Source: Eledone cirrhosa | Lineage: Eukaryota | NCBI GenBank assembly: GCA_964016885.1 | Contig: OZ024740.1 | Location: 214,892,001 to 214,956,000 of the forward strand | Direction: 5' to 3' | DNA length: 64,000 nt | Shown: positions 55,091 to 64,000 of the stretch, in pieces | Layout: every line of letters starts with the position of its first letter | How positions within the stretch are numbered: the first letter of the stretch is position 1 | Made by a program: the position numbers and the translations under genes | The notes under the pieces: generated by a model | What the model was told of the DNA's origin: nothing | Database searches by the model: none | Seen by the model: only the letters and a program-made list of their open reading frames with translations

Positions 55091-56161
55091 TATGTATCCA
55101 TATCTCCAGATGGAGTCATAGAAGAGCTAGAGTGGCATATGGCATATCTTGGGCATTTTAAACATGTCAGAACCCATTTCCTCTCCAGGTTTGATCAGAG
55201 ACGATTTCTTCCAGAGAAGGTGAGAGATAATGATAGAGAGGAAATGAGAAAGAGATAAAGAGGAAGAATCGATCCCAGTAGTAGACTGGTACTTTTTTTT
55301 ATCAACCTTAAATTGATGATTTGAATTGAGAGCATAGAGTAGCAGAACATATGCCACAAAGCATTCAATGTTCTGCCAATTTGATTTTTCATCCTTTCAA
55401 GGTTGATAAATGAAGTAGCAGTCCAGTATTAGGGTTGATTCTTTCTCTTAATCTCTTTATCACTTCCTCTCTATCATTCTCTCCTTCTCTGGAAGATATC
55501 GTCTGTGATCAAACCTGGAGAAGGGATGGGTTCTAACAGGTTTAAAACATGTATTAACTGCTAAATAAAATAATGATTTCTGATTTAGGCACAAGGCCAG
55601 CAATTTTGGGGAGGGTAAAGTCAATTAAATCAACCCCAGTGTGTTACTGGTACTTTATTTTATCAACCCTATAAGGATGAAAGGCAAAGCTAACCTCTTG
55701 AAATCAGAACGCAAAGGGCCGTAACTCTATGCCACAAAGCATGTTGTCCTATGCTCTACCGATACTGCCAATCCACTGCTAAATAAAATAATGAATATAA
55801 GATAACAAACATTCCTAAAAATCACATGATCAAGTCATGTGATCAGTTATTAAAGAAATTTAAAAAACAATAACAGAAATTAAATTTTTAAAAACCATTA
55901 AAAGTAAAAAACAAGATCATATTGTAAAAAAAAAAACAATGACAACAATAATGTTGCTTCCAACAATAACAACAATAAATTCACAACTGCTAAGGACTTA
56001 CCATATGTACAGGTTGAAGTATACATCTAGTATGCACCTCCTTTTCCTCCAGTTCCATACACTTCCCATGTCAGAACACCCCACCCACGTCCTAACACCC
56101 TACTCCACACCCCCATGCTTAGATCTACCTCCCCAATCTCCATGCACTTCCCCCACCCTAG

Positions 56162-56618
56162 TCCCCAGTACACACTGTAGAGTGGTTGGTTTGGTGACAC
56201 AACAAAAAGTGCCCAGCTCACACTGTAAAGTGACTGTGTTGGTGACACAACAAAAAATGCCCAGCCCACACTGTAAAGTGGTTGTGTTGGTGACACAACA
56301 AAAAGTGCCCAGCTCACACTGTAAAGTGACTGTGCTGGTGACACAACAAAAAATGCCCAGCCCACACTGTAAAGTGGTTGTGTTGGTGACACAACAAAAA
56401 ATGCCCAGCCCACACTGTAAAGTGGTTGTGTTGGCGACACAAGAAATGCCCAGCCCACACTGTAAAGTGGTTGTGTTGGTGACACAACAAAAAATGCCCA
56501 GCCCACACTGTAAAGTGGTTGTGTTGGTGACACAACAAAAAATGTCCAGCCCACACTGTAAAGTGGTTGTGTTGGTGACACAACAAAAAATGCCCAGCCC
56601 ACACTGTAAAGTGGTTGG
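56162..56618. repeat. 48-bp tandem expansion of about 9 copies within a SINE-like element
   Basis: Unit CCCAGCCCACACTGTAAAGTGGTTGTGTTGGTGACACAACAAAAAATG. Confidence 0.93.
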
Positions 56619-57139
56619 TATTAGGAAGGGTATCCAACTGTAGAATCCAAGCCAAAATCAGTTCTGTATGAGCAAGACATGGCCATCTGACCTGGTTTGT
56701 CTCACAACAGGACAACTCATCTAACCCATGCAAGCATGGAAAATGGACGTTAAATGGTGGTGATGATGATGATGATGATGAAAGCTGAAATTGAATGAAT
56801 CTTGACTGCAGCACAAGATCAAAGCCTCCCCACAGGAAAACACTAAAAATTTACATTGAAACAGAATGTATTAAGTAACTGCAGAATATGTGGAGGTGAA
56901 GAAGTAATTAACCACATTGCCTAGTCTTGGCCAAGAAAAATATATCAACAGACATAACAGAATTTGGAGTTCCATACACTAGATATGGAAGTGGTGAACA
57001 GACATCATGGATGAGTGGGTGGGAAACAACCCAAGCACCAACCCATAACGGCCAGAGATGGAGGCCGTTGGTGCAATGTTCAATACTGCAGTGTCCCAAT
57101 GTCCCCGAAAAGGGTTAAGAGACCATGATGATGATGATG

Positions 57140-57780
57140 ATCACGCTAGATATGCTAAATAGCAACAGAGGTGACACAGGCATACGCAATAAAAGGTTTC
57201 AGAGAATAATAAAGCAACCCTACTCTGAGATATGCCAATACAGACAGATATATCAATGAAAAATTGAGCAAATACTGTCAAAGGCCACTTGAAGAAATAC
57301 TTCCTATTAGATGTATCAGCCCCAAGATGATGATGTGTCTCTCAAAGAACTGGAGAAACTATCTAAATATAAAAATCTCTAAATAGATATGACTTTAGTG
57401 CGTGTGCTGAAAATAGAAACAATACCTATAATAATGATTTCTACTAAAGCCATAATACCAGCAATTTTGGGAGAGGGGAAAGTCAATTAAATCGACCTCA
57501 GTACATTACTGGTGCTTTATTTTATTGACCCCGTAAGGATGAAATACAAAGATAACCTTGGCAGGATTTATAATAATAGGTGTCTTTCGAGTGATAAAGA
57601 TAACCAAAACCACAACATTTATTTACAACATAAAAATAACACTACTACGCACAACACTTTCAATACAATGGAAACAACATGAAAACATAACAACATATAT
57701 CCAAGGTACACACAGCTGGGATCACAGTGAAAATACATAATTAAAATATGGCTGAATAATAATAATAATAATAATAACAA
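57140..57780 (+). mobile_element. R4/Dong-clade LINE 3' remnant (RLE domain) interrupted by a SINE piece
   Basis: KVSENNKATLL*DMPIQTD..FLLDVS.P..DDVSLKELEKLSKYKNL..ETIPII, then a SINE piece, then IGVF. It ends in (AAT)n. Confidence 0.72.
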
Positions 57781-59304
57781 TGGTTTCTGATTTAGTTACA
57801 AGGTCAACAATTTTTGGGGGAGGGGAAAGTCGATTAAATCAACCCTAGCTCGTTCCTGGTACTTTATTTTATCAACCCCATAAGGATGAATGGCAAAGCT
57901 AACCTCTGCAGGATTTGAACACAGAATGTAAAGGGCCGTAACTCTATGCATTAAAGCAGGTTGCCCAACACTCTACTGATACTGCCACTCCCACCCTAAT
58001 AATAATAATTTTTTCCTTTTTCCTTTTGTAAGGTTTCTCTAGCAAATGGTTGTTATGTGCTGCATGTTAATTGGCTTCAGATCAGTCCCTGATCTCCAAT
58101 GACTTTGGCACAACTTCTATCTCTACATGGAGATCAATTCTAATAGCACCTGCAAAGTCTGCACGTTGATCTTTACCATTTCCTTTTCAGCCAATATTCT
58201 GGTCTTGAGGGATTCCAATATTAATTAAAATCCATTTTATGGGCTGTTTGTTTTTCTTGACAATGGCTTTCATTTCATTCATTTCATTTTACGTCCGCTT
58301 TTTCCCTGCTTGCAAGGGTGGGACGGGAACTGATTCTGACTTGATTTCTACAGCTGGATGCCCTTCCTAACACCAACCTCATTTACAGTGAGTGCTGGGT
58401 GCTTTTTTGTCGTGGCACCTGCACGACTACTTTGCAGTGGAATGATAGGGACCCGAGTCCCTATCATCTCATTTCTACAGCTGAGTAAACTGGAGCAATG
58501 TGAAATAAAGTGTCTTGCTCAAGGAAAACAACATATCACCCGGTCTGAGAATTGAACTCACAACCTTTCGATTGCAAGGCCAATGCTCTAACCACTAAGC
58601 CATGTGCCTTTCATAATAATAATTTCTAATTTAGGTGCAAGGCTGGCAATTTTGGGGCAAAGGAAAAAATTGATAATATCAAACCTAGTATTTAACTGGT
58701 ACTTTATTTTATTGACCTTGCAGGATTTGAATTCAGAACACAAAGAGCTGAGATATGGGTTTCTGATTTAGGCACAAGGCCAACAATTTTTGGGAAAGGG
58801 GAAAGCTGATTAAAATGACCCAGTGCATTACTGGTACTTTATTTTATCGACCCCATAAGGATGAAAGGCAAAATTAACCCCAGCAGGATTTGAACTCAGA
58901 TCGTAAAGGAGCAAAACCCTATGCCATCAAGCATATTGTCCAAGGCTCAACTGAAATATTGCTAAGTATTTCTCCATGACTACCCAATAATGATGATGAT
59001 GATGATGATAAAAATAAGCTTTCTAACATAGGCACAAGGGTGTGGTGGAGGTGGTGGGGTGGGTGTACTCAATGAAATCAACCCCCAGTACTCAACTGGT
59101 ATTTTATTTTATCAATCCCAGAGGCAAATTTGAACTCAGCGAGACTTGAACACAGAATTTAAAGATCCAGAATAAATACCACAAGGTATTTTGTCTGGTG
59201 CTCTACCGATTCTGTCATTCCATCTCCTATATGATGATGATGATGGTGATGGTGGTGGTGGCTGTGGTGATGCTGGTGAAAATGATTATTATTATTATTA
59301 TTAT

Positions 59305-59850
59305 TGGATTGGTAGCAATGGTAGAGCATCGGACAACATGCTTTGTGGCATAGAGTTGCGGCCCTTTACATTCATTCATTTCATTTTACGTCCGCTTTTT
59401 CACTGCTTGCAAGGGTGGGACGGGAACTGATTCTGGCTTGATTTCTACAGCTGGATGCCCTTCCTAACACCAACCTCATTTACAGTGAGTGCTGGGTGTT
59501 TTTTTGCCGTGGCACCTCCACGACCACTTTGCAATGGAATGATAGGGACCCCAGTCCCTATCATCTCATTTCTACAGCTGAGTAAACTGGAGCAATGTGA
59601 AATAAAGTGTCTTGCTCAAGGAAACAACACATCACTCGGTCTGAGAATTGAACTCACAACCTTTCGATTGCAAGGCCAATGCTCTAACCACTAAGCCATG
59701 TGCCTCTGAGTTCAAATCCCGCCGAGGTTAGCTTAGCCTTTCATCCTTATGGGGTTGATAAAATAAAGTACCAGTCACACTCTGGAGTTGATTTAATCGA
59801 CTTTCCCCTCCCCCAAAATTGCTGGCCTTGTGCCTAAAGTAGAAACCATT
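59305..59850 (+). mobile_element. SINE family A split by an antisense family B SINE (nested insertion)
   Basis: The A head stops at ..GCCCTTTACATTC (about 59372) and resumes at TGAGTTCAAATCC (about 59707). Confidence 0.85.
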
Positions 59851-59917
59851 ATTACTATTATTTATTACACTGGTAAGTCATCTTAGATGAGATCTTAGAG
59901 GGGATATTTATATATCA

Positions 59918-61803
59918 TAGTGATGATGATGGTGGTGGTGGTGGTGGTGGTGGTAGTGGTGGTGGTGGTGGTAGTGGTGGTGGTGATGGTGGTGATGGTA
60001 GTGGTGATGGTGGTGATGGTGGTGGAGGTGGTGGTGATGGTGGTGATGGTGGTGGTGGTGATGGTGGTGATGGTGGTGGAGGTGGTGGTGGTAGTGGTGA
60101 TGGTGGTGGAGGTGGTGGTGATAGTGGTGGTGTTGGTGGTGTTGGTGGTGGTGGTGGTGGTGATGGTGGTGATGGTGGTGATGGTGGTGATGGTGGTGGT
60201 GGTGGTGGTGGTGGTGGTGGTGGTGGTGGTGGTGGTGGTGGTGATTGTGGTGATGGTGGTGATGGAGGTGGTGGTGATGGTGGTGATGGTGGTGGTGGTG
60301 ATGGTGGTGATGGTGGTGGAGGTGGTGGTGGTGGTACTGGTGATGGTGGTGGAGGTGGTGGTGGTGTTGGTGGTGTTGGTGGTGGTGGTGGTGGTGGTGG
60401 TGGTGGTGGTGATGATGATGGTGGTGGTGGTAGTGGAGGTGGTTGTGGCGATATTGGTGTTGGTGGTGATGGTGGTGGTGATGGTGGTGATGGTGGTGGT
60501 AATGGTAGTGGAGGTAGTGGTGGTGGTGGAGGTGGTGGTGATGATGGTGGTGGTGATGGTGGTGGAGGTGTTGTTGGTGGTGATGGTGGTGGAGATAGTG
60601 GTGGTGGTGTTCATGGTAGTGGTGGTGATGATGGTGGAGGTGGTGATGGTGGTGATGGTGGTGGTGATGGTGGTGGTGGTTATTGTGGTGGAGGTGGTGA
60701 TGGTGGTGAAGATGGTGGTGGTGGTGATGGTGGTGGAGGTGATGGGGTGGAGATGGTGGTAGTGGTGGTGATGGTAGTGGTGGTGATGGTGGTGGAGGTG
60801 GTGATGGTGGTGGTTATTGTGGTGGAGGTGGTGGTGGTGGTGGTGATGGTGGTGGTGGTGGTGGTGGTGGAGGTGGTGTTGATGGTGATGGTAGAGGTGG
60901 TGGAGGTGTTGGTGGTGATGGTGGTGTTGGTTGTGATGATGGTGGTGGTGATGGTGGTGGAGGTGGTGTTGGTGGTGTTGGTGGTGATGGTGGTGGAGAT
61001 GGTGGTGGTGGTGGTCATGATAGTGGTGGTGATGGTGGTGGAGGTGGTGATGGTGGTGGTGGTGGTGGTGATGGTGGTGGAGGTGATGGGGGTGGAGATG
61101 GTGGTAGTGGTGGTCATGGTAGTGGTGGTGATGGTGATGGAGGTGGTGATGGTGGTGGTGGTTATTGTGGCGGAGGTGGTGATGGTGGTGGTGACGGTGG
61201 TGAAGATGGTGGTGGTGGTGGTGGTGGTGATGGTGGTGGAGGTGATGGGGGTGGAGATGGTGGTAGTGGTGGTCATGGTAGTGGTGGTGATGGTGGTGGA
61301 GGTGGTGATGGTGGTGGAGATGGTGGTGGTGGTCATGGTAGTGGTGGTGATGGTGGTGATGGTGGTGGTGGTGGTTATTGTGGTGGTGATGGAGATGGTG
61401 GTGGTGGAGGTGATGGTGGTGGAGATGGTGGTGGTGGTGGTCATGGTAGTGGTGGTGATGGTTGTGGAGGTGGTGATGGTGGTGATGGTGGTGGTGGTGG
61501 TGGTTATTGTGGTGGTGATGGTGGTGGAGATGGTGGTGGTGGAGGTGATGGTGGTGGAGATGGTGGTAGTGGTGGTCATGGTAGTGGTGGAGGTGGTGAT
61601 GGTGGTGGTGGTGGTTATTGTGGTGGTGGTGGTGGTGATGGTGGTGGAGGTGGTGTTGATGGTGATGGTAGAGGTGGTGGTGTTGGTGGTGATGGTGGTG
61701 GAGATAGTGGCGGTGGTGGTGGTGATGGTGGTGGTGGGGGTGGGGGTGGTGACGGTGGTGTTGGTGGTGATGGTGGTGGTGTTGGTGGTGGTGGTGGTGG
61801 TGT

Positions 61804-61837
<34 letters not shown>

Positions 61838-61838
61838 A
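59918..61838. repeat. (GGT/GAT)n compound microsatellite of about 1.9 kb
   Basis: Seen directly in the sequence. A smaller related tract lies at 62025-62175. Confidence 0.97.
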
Positions 61839-63149
61839 TGAAGGCAGTTAAAAAAATAAATCCAGGATCAGTATTCTAAAATTAAATTTATTGAGGATAT
61901 ACTACTGCAGCACAGTGATGATGATGATGATGACGATAATGATAATAAAAATCATTATCATCATTATGACAATTTATTTCTTATTGTCCTTTTTTTCTAT
62001 GGTATTATTACAATTACTATTATAATGGTGGTGGTGGTGGTGGTGAGGATAAAAATGATGATGGTGTTGGTGGCGGTGGCAGCGGTGGTGATGATAAAAA
62101 TGATGATGGTGATGGTGGCGGTGGCAGCAGTGGTGATGATAAAAATGATGATGGTGATGGTGATGATGATGAAGATAATAAAAAAAAAAAAACGATGAGC
62201 TAGAATTTCACGTGACATCTGCCTTACATAGAGAGAGAAAATAATAAGAAAACTAAATGATATTGTAAAACGAAGTTAAATTAGATACATGTTGAGGGTA
62301 GGGTGAGGTGGAGTATGGGTGGAATATAGGCGGAGTATGGGTAGAATATGGGTAGAATGGACTTCAACAGTGGCAGACACAGGAAATAAAATTAAACAAA
62401 CAAAAAGAAAAGACAAATGCCATTTATTTGTTATAAGATGTATATTGATAAAATTCTACCCTTCCTTGGTAGTCAAAATAACAAGTGTTTAAAATGGAAG
62501 TTATCTATAGGTGGAAATATTGAAAAAAATATTTACTTTCATGTATATTATAAAACTAATTATAGCCTTTGTTTTAATTGGTTTTTTTTTAGATTTTTTT
62601 CTAAATAAATTGGATTTATTTTTAATGACATAATATATTTTATTTCGTTCACATTTTTATTTTGCTTATTACTTTTTTATTTTTATTTTCTTGTTAAATT
62701 ACACTTTGGTTTAAAATTTATTTTTTTTCTTTTTAACATATTTCTTCAAAAGAATAATTGACATAAAATAACGAAGAAATTTAGGATGAAAAATGAAAAT
62801 CATGTATATATAAATGAATTTAATTAAGATAAAACTATCTTTCAATAATGAGCAACTAATTAACTTGTTATAAGTCATGAGAACTAAAAGTTGAAATCTA
62901 AATTAAACAATGTATTTTAAGTCATTATGAAGTAAATTCTATTGTATATCATGATATACAATAGACTATAAAGCTGTATGTTATATATATATATATATAT
63001 ATAAATCATCAGGAAATCCATGATGATTTCTTTTGAATGAAACGGTTCTAGACCTGTAGAAGCCATTTCTATATTAAACATGATATTTGCACTCCACTAA
63101 TGTATTGAGTACATTACTTGTTGCGGTTACCCCCCGATTGAACCCAAGA

Positions 63150-63209
<60 letters not shown>

Positions 63210-64000
63210 AGATTATAATGAAATAAATTTGAAAAGCATATCAAACTTTTATTATTTATATAAAATTTCTATAGAATTCTTGAATATTAAAAAAAATTAT
63301 TCTTTATAGTGAAAATAATTTTACTAAATATTACAATGTCTACTGAGTATTATTGAGTATTGAGTCAGTATATTATTTTGTATAAACTTCATCAGGCTGT
63401 AATTATATTGTTATCATGTATAATTCAACAAATAATTAGAAAAAGTAATGAAATAATATTGAAGAAGAAATACTGTTGGAATGATAAGACATATGAGAAA
63501 GAGAGAGACAAGGAAAAGACTGCAGACTTTGGAATGAGGTAATCATGCATAATTTAGGATAAGATAATTCTGAAATTTATGTAACACAACAATTCCTCTA
63601 CATTCACCAATCTCTCTCTCTTCTCTTCTCTTCTCATTCACTCTCTCTTCTCTTCCATCTCTCACTCACTCTCTTTCCATCATTCTCTCTCTCTCCTACT
63701 CTCTTTCATTCAAATAAAAAACTTTTTTTTTTTACCAATCAAGTAAATAAGAAGTAAAGAATATAGAAATGGTCATTTATATTAATGAAGAAAACAAAAT
63801 GGAAAATAAAATGTTTTCTATAAGTAGTATCGGTATTTTGGGGGGAAGTATCCATGAAAGAACTGACTATATTCCACACAAACTATCAGTTTTATCACAT
63901 TGATTCTTAAGTTAATGAGTAGCAGTATAAAAGTAGTAGATCAAGACTGAAAACCTGTCTTCATTCTCTCATAAATAGCTTCACTGATAAGAAATAGAAA

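Noticed and set aside
55939-56643. 234-aa ORF with 16-aa repeats
   Set aside because: It comes from the 48-bp tandem module of a SINE-like element.
59895-61841. Thr-rich mucin-like or Val-rich ORFs on the RELCH strand or its opposite
   Set aside because: This is a (GGT/GAT)n microsatellite with a frameshift, and RELCH is not known to have such a domain.

Overview
This is eukaryotic, AT-rich, repeat-dense DNA. The SINE, LINE and microsatellite content suggests a cephalopod (octopus-like) genome, which is an inference from repeat style and not a database result. The only host gene I can support is the 3' end of RELCH/KIAA1468 on the minus strand, as three coding exons (38757-38873, 34762-34915, 31094-31223) that splice in frame and end ...NIFMRKK*. 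The intron between the first two of these exons is a clear U12-type (minor spliceosome) GT-AG intron. Downstream is a ~15.5 kb SINE-poor stretch that may be a very long 3' UTR. The rest is satellites, LINE remnants (CR1/L2, RTE, CRE, R4/Dong), tRNA-derived SINEs and hAT/mariner MITEs. Several small elements carry ribozyme-like folds: one HDV-like motif and several hammerhead-like cores, most in microsatellite-flanked or palindromic insertions resembling Penelope-element ends. Nearly all long ORFs in the track are repeat artefacts. Repeat boundaries are approximate; exon boundaries were read by hand.
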